From contig JAOSKU010000001.1 of the NCBI GenBank assembly GCA_027493445.1, positions 1,389,314-1,453,313 of the forward strand: a stretch of 64,000 bases of DNA. Direction: 5' to 3'. The DNA comes from Thermoleophilia bacterium. Its GTDB lineage: Bacteria > Actinomycetota > Thermoleophilia > RBG-16-64-13. Within the stretch, counting starts at the first letter, position 1; the number at the start of each line of letters is the position of its first letter. A model generated the notes under the pieces. That model was given only the letters and a program-made list of their open reading frames with translations, was not told the origin of the DNA and did not search any database. Below, one piece after another: positions 48,773-60,187 of the stretch. The position numbers and the translations under genes were made by a program.

Positions 48773-49963
48773 GTGGCCGACGGAACCACCAGAGCACGCG
48801 TGATCGCACCTCCGGACCGCTCCCGGGGGCTCGCCGTCGCCTTCGTCGGGGCGCTCGCCTTCTTCGTCCTCCTGGTACTGGCCGTTCCACCCGCCCGGGC
48901 TGTCCCCTCCGAGACCCCGACGACCCTGGTGTTGACCGGCGAAGCCAAGAGGCAGGTCGACGAACTGCAGGCGCAGGCGGACGCTGTGGCGGCTCAGATA
49001 AACGACCTCGACACCCAGCTGGAGCAGGCTGTCGAAAGCTACAACGAGACCAACCTGCTGCTCGAGGCCGTCAACCAGGACCTGGCCGCCCTACGGCGCC
49101 GGCTACGGGACGCGCAGACCGAGTACGAGTATCGTCGCGGCCAGATCGACAAGCGGCTGGCCGAGACTTACAAGGCCGGGAACAACAACTTTCTCGAGAT
49201 CCTCCTGGCCACCCATGACTTCACGTCGTTCGTCAAGCGTCTGGTGCTGATCTTCCATGTCACTTCCCACGACCAGCGCTTGGTAGGCGAGTTCGAGCTC
49301 AGCCTAGAGGACATGAACGCGGTGCAGGAACAAATCGAGACCAAGAAACGAGAGGGGCTCGAGATTCGCCGCCAGTTGGAGCAGAAGCAGGTGGAGATCG
49401 ACCAGAGCCTGGCGGAACGCCAAGCCGCCCTCGAGGGTCTCGACTCACGCATCGCCGCCCTTATCGAACAGGAACGCCAGCGGCAGGAGGCGGAGCGTCG
49501 CCGGCTGGAGGAGGAGCTACGCGCCAGGGTGGCCGGCTGGCAGAGGTACGATGGGCCTCTGCCCCAGACCGACGACGCCGTACTGAACCAGCTGGTGGAG
49601 ACGGCTGCCGCCTATCTGGGCATCCCCTACAAGTGGGGGGGCGAGCGCCCCTCCACAGGCATGGATTGCTCAGGGTTCCTGCAATACGTGTACAAGCAGC
49701 ACGGCGTCCAGCTTCCGCACTACTCCGGCTACCAGGCCGCAATGGGCGCGGAGGTTACAGTCAGCGAGATCAAGCCGGGCGACCTCATCGCTTTCGGCTT
49801 CCCGGTCCACCACGTGGGCATGTACATCGGCGAAGGCAAGTACATTCACGCGCCCCGCACGGGCGACGTCATCAAGATCTCGCTGCTTTCCGCGCGAAAC
49901 GATGTGAACACCGTCCGCCGCTTCCCCGTCCAGCCCCGTGTCGGGCCGCCGATCTTCGACTGA
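48773..49963 (+). CDS. Coiled-coil NlpC/P60 peptidoglycan endopeptidase
   Basis: N-terminal TM/signal, long coiled coil, YLGIPYKWGG..DCSGF..HVGMY..HAP. Confidence 0.92.
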   Translation: MADGTTRARVIAPPDRSRGLAVAFVGALAFFVLLVLAVPPARAVPSETPTTLVLTGEAKRQVDELQAQADAVAAQINDLDTQLEQAVESYNETNLLLEAVNQDLAALRRRLRDAQTEYEYRRGQIDKRLAETYKAGNNNFLEILLATHDFTSFVKRLVLIFHVTSHDQRLVGEFELSLEDMNAVQEQIETKKREGLEIRRQLEQKQVEIDQSLAERQAALEGLDSRIAALIEQERQRQEAERRRLEEELRARVAGWQRYDGPLPQTDDAVLNQLVETAAAYLGIPYKWGGERPSTGMDCSGFLQYVYKQHGVQLPHYSGYQAAMGAEVTVSEIKPGDLIAFGFPVHHVGMYIGEGKYIHAPRTGDVIKISLLSARNDVNTVRRFPVQPRVGPPIFD

Positions 49964-50013
49964 CGGTCCTCGACTGACCTTGCGGGGCGACACCGCCCTC
50001 CCGATAGATTAGA

Positions 50014-50328
50014 ATGAACAGCGTGAACACCGCACTGCTCATTGTCATCCTGTTCTCGGTCGGGCTCGTCTTGGTCGGCCTCGCGCTCGTAACCGTGCGG
50101 GCCTACCGCCTCTATAAAAAGGCCAAGGCCGTCCGGACCGAGATCGAGCGTCCCGCCCAGGAGATCTTGCGAAGACAGGAAATCGCGATGGAACTGGCCG
50201 GTAGCCTCGCCCAGCGACAAGCCCTGCTGACCGAACGCATGCAACTAGCTTCTCGGTCGGTCGGTCGGCTGACCTACCTCGTAGGCGAACTCAACACCGC
50301 CAAGAGCCGCTTGACCACACTCCAGTAG
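50014..50328 (+). CDS. Small membrane-anchored hypothetical protein
   Basis: N-terminal TM followed by a helical region. Confidence 0.6.
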   Translation: MNSVNTALLIVILFSVGLVLVGLALVTVRAYRLYKKAKAVRTEIERPAQEILRRQEIAMELAGSLAQRQALLTERMQLASRSVGRLTYLVGELNTAKSRLTTLQ

Positions 50329-50407
50329 TCCGCGGTCGTGATGTGCCGCCGCTCGGCGGGTGGCCGCGCGGGTAGACTCCCCCCGCCGCCACCCGGGTCG
50401 AACAGAC

Positions 50408-50632
50408 TCAGACTGCCTCGACGGCCATGACCTCGGGCACAGCCTCCTTGAGGATCCGCTCGACCCCATTCTTCAAGGTCATCTGCGACATCGGGCAGCC
50501 GCCGCAGGCCCCGACCAGGCGGACCTGGACGACGCCGTTGTCCTCGTCGACCCCGACGAGCTCGATGTCGCCGCCGTCGTTCTGCAGGGCCGGCCGGATG
50601 AACTCCAGGGCCTCCTCGACGCGCTCCTTCAT
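50408..50632 (-). CDS. NifU/NfuA C-terminal domain protein
   Basis: [21 protein letters not shown]. Confidence 0.92.
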   Translation of the reverse strand: MKERVEEALEFIRPALQNDGGDIELVGVDEDNGVVQVRLVGACGGCPMSQMTLKNGVERILKEAVPEVMAVEAV

Positions 50633-50728
50633 GTCTCCTCCTTGCTGGTCACCGGCGCCGTTCCCCGACGCTCGGCCAAATCCCGACTAATCCTGTATAT
50701 TTTCTCACACTGACGCGAACTTTCCCAC

Positions 50729-51916
50729 CTAGTCTTCCCGGCGGACCACGGTGGCTACACCCTGACCGCCTCCGATGCACAGCGTGGCCAGGCCCACCCC
50801 AGCCCCCTCATGCCGCATCGCGTACAGCAGAGTCACCAGGATGCGAGCACCCGACGCGCCGATGGGGTGACCCAGAGCGATGGCGCCGCCACGGGTGTTG
50901 GTCTTGGCCGAGTCCAGGCCCAGCTCCCGGCCCACGGCCAGAACCTGCGAAGCGAAGGCCTCGTTGGCCTCGATGAGGTCGATCTGGTCAATTGTCAGCC
51001 CGGCTTTCTCCAAGGCTTTCCGCGAAGCGTACAGGGGGCCCATGCCCATGATGGCAGGGTCGAGGCCGGCCGACGCCTGGCTGACGATGGAGGCCAGGGG
51101 TTTGAGGCCGTGGGCGTCGGCGTACTGGCGCGAGGCCACCACGAACGCCGCCCCGGCGTCGTTGATGCCGCTGGCGTTGCCGGCGGTCACGGTCCCGTCC
51201 TGCTTGAAGGCGGGCCGCAACCCGGCCAGGGCCTCGGGGGTGGTGTCGGGCCGGGGATGCTCGTCAGTGTCGAATACCTTGGGATCGCCCTTCTTCTGGG
51301 GGATCTGCACGGGCACGATCTCGTCCTGGAACTTGCCGGTGGCGATGGCCTCACCAGCCCGCCGCTGGCTCTCGGCCGAGAAGGCGTCCTGCATCTCACG
51401 GGTGATGCCATAGCGCTCGGCCACATTCTCGGCGGTGATGCCCATGTGCACGTCGGTCATGGCGCACCACAAGCCGTCCTTGATCATAGAGTCGACCAGG
51501 GTGCCGTCTCCCATGCGGTAGCCGGTCCGCCCCTTAGGCAGCAAGTAGGGGGCCAGACTCATGTTCTCCATGCCGCCCGCCACCACCACGTCGGCGTCGC
51601 CCAGAGCCACCCCCTGTGCGGCCAGGTTGACCGCTTTCAGACCCGAGCCGCAGACCTTGTTGATGGTCAAGGCAGGGGTCTCTGGGGCAAGTCCAGCCTC
51701 CAGTACCGCCTGGCGGGCGGGGTTCTGGCCCAGGCCGGCCTGCAGCACGTTACCCATGATCACTTCGTCGACCGGTCCGCCCTCGAGACCGGCGCGCCGC
51801 AGCGCCTCGGCGATGGCGATGGCTCCCAGCTTGGTGGCCGGTACGCCGGCCAGCGAACCCAGGAACCGGCCCACCGGCGTCCGACAGGCGCTCAGAATGA
51901 CAGCTTCGCGAGACAC
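50729..51916 (-). CDS. Acetyl-CoA acetyltransferase (thiolase)
   Basis: [28 protein letters not shown]; GTG start at 51916. Confidence 0.95.
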   Translation of the reverse strand: MSREAVILSACRTPVGRFLGSLAGVPATKLGAIAIAEALRRAGLEGGPVDEVIMGNVLQAGLGQNPARQAVLEAGLAPETPALTINKVCGSGLKAVNLAAQGVALGDADVVVAGGMENMSLAPYLLPKGRTGYRMGDGTLVDSMIKDGLWCAMTDVHMGITAENVAERYGITREMQDAFSAESQRRAGEAIATGKFQDEIVPVQIPQKKGDPKVFDTDEHPRPDTTPEALAGLRPAFKQDGTVTAGNASGINDAGAAFVVASRQYADAHGLKPLASIVSQASAGLDPAIMGMGPLYASRKALEKAGLTIDQIDLIEANEAFASQVLAVGRELGLDSAKTNTRGGAIALGHPIGASGARILVTLLYAMRHEGAGVGLATLCIGGGQGVATVVRRED

Positions 51917-52140
51917 ATAGACTCCTCTCCTTTTCTCCTTACCCATGACAACGACCCACTCATGGTGGCTGCGTGGACGACCACGCGGAGGATGACGGCT
52001 CCGACAGCCCTGCCCGGGAGCGCATCCGGCCGGCCGGAAACGCGGGGCGAGGAACAAGAGACCTCGTTCCGAATGCTACCACGAGGTCCGACGTCCTGAA
52101 CGGGGCCGCGGACCGAACGCGGTCTTCTCGCCGCCGCCCG

Positions 52141-52875
52141 CTACTGGCCGGGCGGGGGCGCGAGCGTGGTGCCCGAGGTGGTCGGGGGCACCGTGGTCGT
52201 GGAGGGTGGCTCCGTGCTGGTAGTCGAGGTGGAGCCGAGCTCGGTCGTAGTGGTCGTGCTGGTGGTCGTAGTCTCCGTAGACGTCGTGGTGGGAGCGGCG
52301 GGCGTCACGTCGCCAGTGGGGCCCTTGGAGGGAGTCTTGGCCGGCACGTTCACAGTGACGGTCTCCTTCTGGATCACCACCCTCTCCTGGAACACAGGCT
52401 TCTCCACCACTCGTTCGCGGACGATCACCCGTTCGATGGGCGTCCCGCTGACCACCGAGTAGGCGCTCGTCCCCAGGGCGGCGGCCGCCAGCGCCAGGGC
52501 TGCCCACCGAGCCGGGAGGCGCCGCCAAGAAGGCGGAGCCGGAAAGTTCGCGACCTCGCGACCGGCTGCGGCCTCCAGCGCAGAGGGAGCGGAGAGTGTG
52601 CCCGTGTCGGCGCCGGAACGAGGCTCAACCTCGCCCGTTTCCGCCGCCCCGCCGGCCAAGCCGGGGCCGCCCGGCGCGCCGGCCAGGCGCCCGCGCCACC
52701 AGCCGGCGCAGCGCTCCAGCCCGGAACCCACCCAGTGCGAGGTCCCGGTGTATACCATCGAGGCCACGGCGGCACCAACCAGGGTACCGGCCAGGCCGGA
52801 GCGGGTGATGACGTAGAAGGCGACCGAGGAGGCCAAGGCCGCGGTGGCTACGGTGGCGATGTGCGGGCGTGTCAA
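52141..52875 (-). CDS. Hypothetical membrane protein with a Thr-rich tail
   Basis: Hydrophobic N-terminus; PTTTSTETTTTSTTTTT. Confidence 0.55.
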   Translation of the reverse strand: MTRPHIATVATAALASSVAFYVITRSGLAGTLVGAAVASMVYTGTSHWVGSGLERCAGWWRGRLAGAPGGPGLAGGAAETGEVEPRSGADTGTLSAPSALEAAAGREVANFPAPPSWRRLPARWAALALAAAALGTSAYSVVSGTPIERVIVRERVVEKPVFQERVVIQKETVTVNVPAKTPSKGPTGDVTPAAPTTTSTETTTTSTTTTTELGSTSTTSTEPPSTTTVPPTTSGTTLAPPPGQ

Positions 52876-53003
52876 GGGAAGATCACCAACGATGGCTGGG
52901 GAATGTCACACTGTCTCGACGAGTTTAGCCCACGCGCCGGTTCCCGACCGGCGGGCGCAGCCTTTTCGGCAAGACCAATCACCGATTGCCGCCGGCGTTC
53001 GGG

Positions 53004-53651
53004 CTAGCCCAAGTGCTCCTCGTTGCCGGTGACAAAGTAGCGGATGCGCTCGGCCATATTGACGGCGTGGTCGGCGATGCGCTCGAAGTAGCGCCCTACC
53101 AGCACCAGGTTCATGGCCACCTCGAAGGTGGTCTCCCTGCTCAGCGCGAACAGCTCCTTGAACAGCCGGGCGTAAAGGTCGTCGATCTCGTCGTCGAGTT
53201 GGTCCATCTCCTCGGCCAGGGCAATGTCCTTGTCCGCCCAGGCATCGAGCGACTTGCTGAGCAGGCGGCGGGACGCATGACCCAGCTCGTAGACCAGGGC
53301 GCTCACCGGCTTGAGCGTGATGATCTCGAGGTCCTTGCGTACCACGGAGGCGATGTTGAAGGCCAGGTCGCCCGACCGTTCCAGATCGTTGACACACCTC
53401 AGGATGGCCACGATCAGGCGCAGGTCCCCCGCCACCGGCTGCTGTTGGGCGAGCATGGCCAGGGCCCGCTTCTCGATATCGAGAAACAGGTCGTCGATGG
53501 CGTCGTCGCCGTCCATGACCTTGCGGGCCAGCTCGAGGTCGTTCTCCGCCAGGGCCAGGGTGGCGTTCTCGATGGCCGCCTCCACCAGCGCCCCCATGCG
53601 GACCACGTCCTGATCCAGCCGTTCGAGCTCCCTATGAAACGTCTCGCGCAT
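53004..53651 (-). CDS. phoU: Phosphate signalling protein PhoU
   Basis: QQPVAGDLR, LERSGD, YFERIADHAVN. Confidence 0.95.
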   Translation of the reverse strand: MRETFHRELERLDQDVVRMGALVEAAIENATLALAENDLELARKVMDGDDAIDDLFLDIEKRALAMLAQQQPVAGDLRLIVAILRCVNDLERSGDLAFNIASVVRKDLEIITLKPVSALVYELGHASRRLLSKSLDAWADKDIALAEEMDQLDDEIDDLYARLFKELFALSRETTFEVAMNLVLVGRYFERIADHAVNMAERIRYFVTGNEEHLG

Positions 53652-53690
53652 CGCGGTGGTTCACTCCCTTTCCGGGCTTGGAACTCGTTC

Positions 53691-54551
53691 TCATCCGAAG
53701 CGGCCGGAGACGTAGTCCTCGGTCCGTTTGTCTCTGGGCCGGGTGAAGATGTCCGAGGTATCTCCGAACTCGACCAGAATTCCCCAGCGCTGGCCGGCGG
53801 CCTCATCGACCTCCGTATAGAGAAAGGCCGTCCTGTCCGACACCCGGGCGGCCTGCTGCATGTTGTGGGTAACGATGACGATAGAGTACTCCTGCTTGAG
53901 CTCCTGCATCAGGTCTTCGATGCGCACCGTGGCGATGGGGTCGAGGGCCGAGGCCGGTTCGTCCATGAGGATCACGTCGGGCTCGACGGCGATGGCCCGA
54001 GCGATGCACAGGCGCTGCTGCTGTCCGCCGGAAAGGGCCAAGGCGCTCTTGCGCAGCTTGCTCTTGACCTCGTCCCAGAGGGCGGCCCGGCGCAGGGAGC
54101 GTTCCACCAGCTCGTCCATGTCCCCCTTGTAACCGTTGATGCGCGCTCCGAAGGCCACATTGTCGTAGACGGACTTGGGGAAAGGGTTGGGGCGCTGGAA
54201 GACCATACCGATGCGCCGGCGGACGGTGACCGGGTCCACTCCGGCGGCATAGATGTCCTCGCCGTGGTAGAGGACCTCGCCGCTCACCTCCGCTCCGGGG
54301 ATCAGGTCGTTCATGCGGTTGAAGCAGCGGATGAGCGTGCTCTTGCCGCAGCCCGACGGTCCGATGATCGCGGTGATCTCCCGGGGCTGCACGTCGAGCG
54401 AGACGTCGCGCAAAGCGGGCAGGCCGCCGTAGTGGACCCCGAGGCCTCGGACGGTGAAGACCGAGGGCGCCCCGAAGGCCGGGGCGGGACCCTCCGACCC
54501 ACGTTCGGTCGCGGTGATGTTCTCCTCCAATGAGATCGTGTTCTCGTTCAT
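53691..54551 (-). CDS. pstB: Phosphate ABC transporter ATPase
   Basis: [30 protein letters not shown]. Confidence 0.96.
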   Translation of the reverse strand: MNENTISLEENITATERGSEGPAPAFGAPSVFTVRGLGVHYGGLPALRDVSLDVQPREITAIIGPSGCGKSTLIRCFNRMNDLIPGAEVSGEVLYHGEDIYAAGVDPVTVRRRIGMVFQRPNPFPKSVYDNVAFGARINGYKGDMDELVERSLRRAALWDEVKSKLRKSALALSGGQQQRLCIARAIAVEPDVILMDEPASALDPIATVRIEDLMQELKQEYSIVIVTHNMQQAARVSDRTAFLYTEVDEAAGQRWGILVEFGDTSDIFTRPRDKRTEDYVSGRFG

Positions 54552-55438
54552 CGTGAGATCCTGCTCCTGGAAGCGGCCACGCGGGCCAAGAGGGTGAACA
54601 CCAGAACGATGAGCAGGAGCTCGAGGGCGCCCGCCCAGGCCCGCTCCTGTCCGGCGGCGAAGGGACTACGGGCGCCGTCGAAGATGGCCAAGGGCAGCGC
54701 CGAGATGGGTGCGCCTACGAGCTTGGTCACGATCTCGATCGCCCCCAGGGTGGTCAGGATGAGGGGTGCGGTCTCTCCGGCGGCCCGGGCCACGGCCAGC
54801 AGGACGCCGGTGGTGATACCGGGCAGTGCCGAGGGCAGGACGACGCGCACGGTCGTCTGCCAGGTGCCCGCTCCCAGAGCGTAGCTGGCGTCTTTCAGCT
54901 CCCGCGGCACCAGCTTCAGCATCTCCTCGGTGGAGCGGACCACGATGGGCAGCATGATGATGGCCAGCGCCGCCGCCCCCATGACCGCTCCGAAGCCGAA
55001 AGGCAGCACGAAGGCTGTGTACACGAAGAGACCCACAAAGATCGAAGGCACCCCCGTCATCACGTCGGAGAAGAAGCGGATGAGCGTGGCCAGCAGGTTC
55101 TTCTTGCCGTACTCGGTGAGATAGATGGCCGCCAGGACGCCCAGCGGCACGGCGACGGCGGTGGCCAGCCCCACCATGATCGCGGTACCCACCAGGGCGT
55201 TGAAGAAGCCGCCCCCGATCTTGCGGTAGCTGTAGGGCATGGCCTGGGTCAAGAACTCCCAGCTCATGGTTCCCAAGCCTTTTTGGGCGATCTGGAAGAG
55301 GATCATCCCCACCGGCAGGAGCACCAGGACGGTGGCGACCAGCATGGCCAGGGTGCCCAGACGGTCGCCCCAGACACGACGGGGGCTGGGACGCCGGCCC
55401 TGGAGCCGACCCGGGTCCTTCGGCGCCGGGGCGCTCAC
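54548..55438 (-). CDS. pstA: Phosphate ABC permease
   Basis: [15 protein letters not shown]. Confidence 0.95.
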   Translation of the reverse strand: MSAPAPKDPGRLQGRRPSPRRVWGDRLGTLAMLVATVLVLLPVGMILFQIAQKGLGTMSWEFLTQAMPYSYRKIGGGFFNALVGTAIMVGLATAVAVPLGVLAAIYLTEYGKKNLLATLIRFFSDVMTGVPSIFVGLFVYTAFVLPFGFGAVMGAAALAIIMLPIVVRSTEEMLKLVPRELKDASYALGAGTWQTTVRVVLPSALPGITTGVLLAVARAAGETAPLILTTLGAIEIVTKLVGAPISALPLAIFDGARSPFAAGQERAWAGALELLLIVLVFTLLARVAASRSRISR

Positions 55439-56415
55439 CGCTCCACCATCCGCCAGACGAGCATACGGGCAGCCATGTTGATCATGATGGTGATGGCGAA
55501 GAGCACGACGCCGGCGCCGACCAAAGCCCGGATGCCCTCCGGGTTGGCCTCCCCGAACGTGTTAGCGATAAGGGCGGCTATGGAGTAGCCGGGCTTGAGG
55601 ATCGAGGCCCCCACCTCGGCCCGAGAGCCGATAAGGAGGGCGACGGCGATGGTCTCGCCCAGCGCCCGACCCAACCCCAGCATGGTCGCCCCTACGATCC
55701 CGGCCCGGCTACGAGGTAGAACCGCACCCCGGATCATCTCCCAGCGGGTGGCTCCCAGCGCGTACGCGGCATGGCGGTCCTCCACGGGCACGGCCCGAAA
55801 GACCTCCCGGGAAAGCGAGCTGATGATGGGCACGATCATGATGGCCAAAACCACGCCGGCCCCGAAGTACGAAATCCCCGAGGCCGGACCGGCGAAGATA
55901 GGAATGAAGCCCAGGGTTCGCGAGAGGAACTCGGCCGCCGGCTGCAGGAAGAGAGGCAGCAGCACGAAGACGCCCCACAGCCCGTAAACCACGCTGGGCA
56001 CGGCGGCCAGCAGATCAACGGCGTAGGCCACCGGACCGCGCAACCAGCGGGGAGCCACCTCGACCAGGTAGAGCGAGACACCCAGACTCAAAGGCACGGC
56101 GATCACCAGGGCGATGGCCGAGGTCACCAGGGTGCCGTAAACGAAGGCCAGGATGCCGAACTGCCCGTCGGCCGGCCTCCACGTAGCGCTAGTCACGAAA
56201 GAGAGGCCTTGCGATCGGAAGACCGGCAGGGCCACGTTGGTGGTGGTAAGTACCATGTAGGCCAGGATGATCAGCACGAGCAGCCCGGCCAGAGCCGTCA
56301 GGCCCGCGAAGAGGGTGTCGGCCCGCCGGCCCAGGCGCGTCCTCTCCCGGCGGAAGCGCTCCGCCCGGGTAGAGGACGCTGTACTCAGGGCTTCTGGGGA
56401 CACCGGCTCGCTCAC
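55435..56415 (-). CDS. pstC: Phosphate ABC permease
   Basis: LAAVPSVVYGLWG, GRALGETIAV; GTG start overlaps the pstS stop. Confidence 0.95.
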   Translation of the reverse strand: MSEPVSPEALSTASSTRAERFRRERTRLGRRADTLFAGLTALAGLLVLIILAYMVLTTTNVALPVFRSQGLSFVTSATWRPADGQFGILAFVYGTLVTSAIALVIAVPLSLGVSLYLVEVAPRWLRGPVAYAVDLLAAVPSVVYGLWGVFVLLPLFLQPAAEFLSRTLGFIPIFAGPASGISYFGAGVVLAIMIVPIISSLSREVFRAVPVEDRHAAYALGATRWEMIRGAVLPRSRAGIVGATMLGLGRALGETIAVALLIGSRAEVGASILKPGYSIAALIANTFGEANPEGIRALVGAGVVLFAITIMINMAARMLVWRMVER

Positions 56416-57530
56416 TCGGTGGCGTTGATGGCCTCGACCTTGGCCAAAGCCAGGTTCTTCAGCTCCGGGGGCAGGGGGGCGTAGCCCAGATCGCGAGCGA
56501 TGGCGTTCCCGTCCTGCAGGCACCAGGTCAGGAAGCTCTTCAGCGCGGCGGCCTTCGCCTGGTCCCGCATCTGGTCGTAAGCCAGGATCCACGTGGCGCC
56601 CACGATGGGGTAGGCGTCGGGAGAGGCGCTGTCGCTGAGCGAGAAGCGCAGGTCTTCGGGGAAGTCGATCCCCGCACCCGCGGCGGAGGTGGAGTCGAGC
56701 GAGGGCTCGACGAAGTTGCCCGCCTTGTTCCTGAGGGTGGCCGTCCGCAAGCCCGTCTCGACCGCGTAGGAGAGCTCCACGTAGCCCAGCGAACCCTTCC
56801 GCTGCTGCACCACGGCGGCCACGCCGTCGTTGCCCTGCCCCCCGATTCCCACCGGCCACTGGACCTCCTTGCCCGCGCCCACTCCCGACTCCCACGAGCT
56901 TGAGGTCTGAGCCAGGTAGCCGGTGAAGATGCTGGTGGTACCCGAGGAGTCGGAGCGGTGGACCACCTGGATCGCCTCATCGGGCAGAGCCGTCCCGCTG
57001 TTGAGGGCGGCAATCTTGGGGTCGTTCCACGTGGTGATGTCGCCCAGGAAGACGCCGGCCAGGGTTTCCTGGTCGAGTCTGAGCTGATCCACACCCTCGA
57101 GGTTGTAGACGGGCACCACGGCCCCGAAGACCGTGGGGATGTGCAGCACCTTGGCACCGCTCGCCGACTCGGCCGCCGCGATCTCCTCGTCCTCCATGGG
57201 GGCGTCGCTGGCTCCATAGTCGACCGTCATCTGCGTGAACTGCTGGATACCCCCACCCGAGCCGATGCCCTGGTAGTTGATGCTGACGTTGGGTTGGACG
57301 TTGGTGATGTACTCGCCGATCCACTCGAGGTAGAGGGGCTCGGGAAAGGTAGCGCCCGCTCCGCTCAAGCTGGCAGCCCTTCCACCGGAGGCGGCGTCGC
57401 CGGCCGTGGTGGAGGTTTCGCCGTCGGCCGGCCGGACGTCGCCTCCACAGCCCAGCAGCAGCACAGCCGCCAAGCCCAGGGCAACCGCCGAAGCGATCAT
57501 CCTCCGCACGCCCTGTACGGATCTCTTCAT
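56412..57530 (-). CDS. pstS: Phosphate-binding lipoprotein
   Basis: LLGC lipobox; GAGATFP, GSGGG, HRSDSSGTT. Confidence 0.95.
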   Translation of the reverse strand: MKRSVQGVRRMIASAVALGLAAVLLLGCGGDVRPADGETSTTAGDAASGGRAASLSGAGATFPEPLYLEWIGEYITNVQPNVSINYQGIGSGGGIQQFTQMTVDYGASDAPMEDEEIAAAESASGAKVLHIPTVFGAVVPVYNLEGVDQLRLDQETLAGVFLGDITTWNDPKIAALNSGTALPDEAIQVVHRSDSSGTTSIFTGYLAQTSSSWESGVGAGKEVQWPVGIGGQGNDGVAAVVQQRKGSLGYVELSYAVETGLRTATLRNKAGNFVEPSLDSTSAAGAGIDFPEDLRFSLSDSASPDAYPIVGATWILAYDQMRDQAKAAALKSFLTWCLQDGNAIARDLGYAPLPPELKNLALAKVEAINATE

Positions 57531-57594
57531 GATCCTCTCTTCCTCCTTCTCGACTCTGCCGCCGTGCAGGCTAGCAGGGGTCGCGGAGCCGAGT

Positions 57595-57622
57595 GTTACC
57601 ATTGCGTTACCGACAGGTTAAC
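57595..57622. promoter_or_regulatory. PHO-box-like direct repeats
   Basis: GTTACC / GTTACC / GTTAAC at exact 11-bp period between the divergent pstS and response-regulator genes. Confidence 0.75.
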
Positions 57623-57650
57623 TTCGTGGCCGCAACCGAAAGGGAGGCCG

Positions 57651-58382
57651 GTGACTCAATCCCCAGAGGGCATCCCGCCACGGGCGAACATCCTCGTAGT
57701 GGAGGACGATCCCACAATCGCCGACCTGCTGGCGTACAATCTCCGCCGGGCCGGGTATCTGGTGGCCCAGGAGCGGAGCGGCCGGGCCGGACTGGAGGCC
57801 GCTCTGACCGGGAACCCTGACCTGGTGCTCCTCGACCTCATGCTCCCCGGCCCCGACGGGTTGACCGCCGCCAGAGAGGTCAAGCGCCGCCGGCCCGAGC
57901 TCCCGGTGATCATGCTGACCGCCCGCGCGCAGCGGGACGACATGCTGGAAGGATTCGAGGCCGGCGCCGATGACTACGTCACCAAGCCCTTCGATATGGA
58001 CGTGCTTCTCGCTCGCATCCAGGCCAGGCTGCGCGACGCGGGCCCCAGGGTGACTCGGGGGCCGCAACCGCGCAACTCGAGCTTCGCCAACCTCATCCTC
58101 GACCGTGACGCCCACGTGCTGCGCTCTCCCTCCGGCGCGGTGTCTCTCAAGCCGAAGGAGCACGACCTGCTCGAGCTCCTCTGGTCAGCACCGGGCCATC
58201 TCTACCCGCGGGAGGAGATAGTCGAACGTGTGTGGCACTACCGCTATCTGCCTGGCTCCCGCACCCTCGACGTGCATGTGCGCCGCCTGCGGGAGAAGAT
58301 GGGGTTCCTGAGAGCCACGGCTGAGATCGAGACGGTGCGGGGCGTCGGCTACCGTCTCGCGTCCCGGGACGAGACCCCGTGA
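57651..58382 (+). CDS. OmpR-family response regulator (PhoP-like)
   Basis: ILVVEDD, LLDLMLPG, DDYVTKPF, RTLDVHVRRLREK. Confidence 0.92.
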   Translation: MTQSPEGIPPRANILVVEDDPTIADLLAYNLRRAGYLVAQERSGRAGLEAALTGNPDLVLLDLMLPGPDGLTAAREVKRRRPELPVIMLTARAQRDDMLEGFEAGADDYVTKPFDMDVLLARIQARLRDAGPRVTRGPQPRNSSFANLILDRDAHVLRSPSGAVSLKPKEHDLLELLWSAPGHLYPREEIVERVWHYRYLPGSRTLDVHVRRLREKMGFLRATAEIETVRGVGYRLASRDETP

Positions 58383-60187
58383 GGCGCATCCGGCAACGCC
58401 TGCTCCTCTCGTTCCTGGCGGTGGTCGTGGCGGCCATCCTGGGATTGGCCCTGGTGTCCGGCCTAGTGCTGAGAGGAACGTTCCTGGACCGGCTCGAACT
58501 CGACATGGCCAGACAGGCGCGAGAGCTGGCGGTGGTGCTGGACGCGCAGACCGGCCTGGGTTCGCGGCTGGCCCTCGACCCGCCGGCCCTCGAGACCCTG
58601 GCCCGAGAGAGCGCCAGAGCCGCCGAGGTGCGCTTCACCATCATCGCTCACGACGGCCGCGTGCTGGCCGACTCCGACGAGGACCCCGCTGCCATGGAGA
58701 ACCACGCCACCCGGCCGGAGGTGGTAACCGCCCTCTCCGGCGGCGAAGGTCTCTCCCGCCGATACTCCACCACAGTAGACACCGAGATGCTCTACGTGGC
58801 CGTGCCCCTGAGCGAAAGCAACGCCCCCTGGTCGCGGGGCGTCCTTCGCATCGCCGTACCCTCATCCCGCATCGATCCCCTGCTGAGATCGGTTCTGGCC
58901 CTACCGCTCTGGGTGGGTCTCGTCTTGCTGGCCCCGGCGCTCGGCTTCACCTACCTTCTGTCCCGCTCCATGACTCGGCCCATCGAGTACCTTCGCTCCA
59001 TGGCCGTGGCCGTCTCTAAGGGGGACCTCACCTACCGCGTCGGCGCCATGCGCAACGACGAGCTCGGCGAGCTGGGTGAAGCCCTCAACGACATGGCCGG
59101 CCAGCTGGAAGAGCGGATGGGACAATTGGTCGCCGAGCGGGAGCAGATTGCCGAGATCCTGGCCGTTATGGGTGACGGCGTGCTCGTGCTCGACGATTGC
59201 GGCACGGTGGCCCGGGCCAACAAGACCGCCGCAACGCTGCTCGACACGACCGTTGCGGCTCTGGAAGGCCGGGCCATCGTGCATGTCGCCCGAGAATTCC
59301 CCGCCTTGGCGCTGGCCGAGCGGACGTTCCACGCGGGTATCCCGATCGAGGAGTACCTGGAGCTGCCGGGCGCCCGTACCATGTGGGTCCAGGCCGTACC
59401 CCTCCGGGAAAGCATCGGAAGGGGTCGATACGTGCTCATCCTGTTCCGGGACGAGACGGCCCGTGCCCGCGTGGACCGCATGCGCCGGGATTTCGTGAGC
59501 AATGTCTCGCACGAGCTGAAGACGCCCCTGGCCGGGCTATCGCTGCTGGCCACCACTCTGCAGCACGCTGTGGACGAGGACCCCGTGGAGGCTCGCCGCT
59601 TTGCCCGCCGCCTCTCGGATGAGATCTCCCAGCTGACCAACCTGGTGAACGACCTCCTCACCCTCTCCCGCCTGGAGGAGACGGCCGCCGCCCAAGGGCC
59701 GCCACTGGAGCCCGTCGACCTGGGCCGTCTCGCTCGAGAGGCCGAAGAAGCGATGGCCGAGCAAGCAGCTAGCCGCGGCCTCAGCCTGGCCGTGAGCTCC
59801 GCCCGGACCGTCTTCGTCGCCGGTCACGCGGTGGAGCTCGAAACCGCCCTCCGCAACCTGCTCGACAACGCCCTGCGCTACACCGACCCGGGCGGTCATG
59901 TAGACGTCGACGTACACGTCGAGGACGGCTGGGCAGTGCTGGTGGTACGCGACGACGGCCTCGGCATCCCGCGGAGCGACCAACCACGGATATTCGAGCG
60001 CTTCTACCGCGTGGACAAGGCCCGCTCCCGGGAGACCGGGGGTACGGGCCTTGGCCTGAGCATCGTGCGGCACGTGGTCGAGAGGCACCGCGGGTCGGTG
60101 AACGTGGAGAGCACGCTCGGTGTCGGCTCGACCTTCACCGTGCGGCTGCCGTTGCTCAGCCCGGACCGGCGAGAGCCCGGGAGATGA
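58379..60187 (+). CDS. PhoR-like sensor histidine kinase
   Basis: HAMP, PAS, FVSNVSHELKTP, NLLDNA, GTGLGLSIV. Confidence 0.93.
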   Translation: MRRIRQRLLLSFLAVVVAAILGLALVSGLVLRGTFLDRLELDMARQARELAVVLDAQTGLGSRLALDPPALETLARESARAAEVRFTIIAHDGRVLADSDEDPAAMENHATRPEVVTALSGGEGLSRRYSTTVDTEMLYVAVPLSESNAPWSRGVLRIAVPSSRIDPLLRSVLALPLWVGLVLLAPALGFTYLLSRSMTRPIEYLRSMAVAVSKGDLTYRVGAMRNDELGELGEALNDMAGQLEERMGQLVAEREQIAEILAVMGDGVLVLDDCGTVARANKTAATLLDTTVAALEGRAIVHVAREFPALALAERTFHAGIPIEEYLELPGARTMWVQAVPLRESIGRGRYVLILFRDETARARVDRMRRDFVSNVSHELKTPLAGLSLLATTLQHAVDEDPVEARRFARRLSDEISQLTNLVNDLLTLSRLEETAAAQGPPLEPVDLGRLAREAEEAMAEQAASRGLSLAVSSARTVFVAGHAVELETALRNLLDNALRYTDPGGHVDVDVHVEDGWAVLVVRDDGLGIPRSDQPRIFERFYRVDKARSRETGGTGLGLSIVRHVVERHRGSVNVESTLGVGSTFTVRLPLLSPDRREPGR

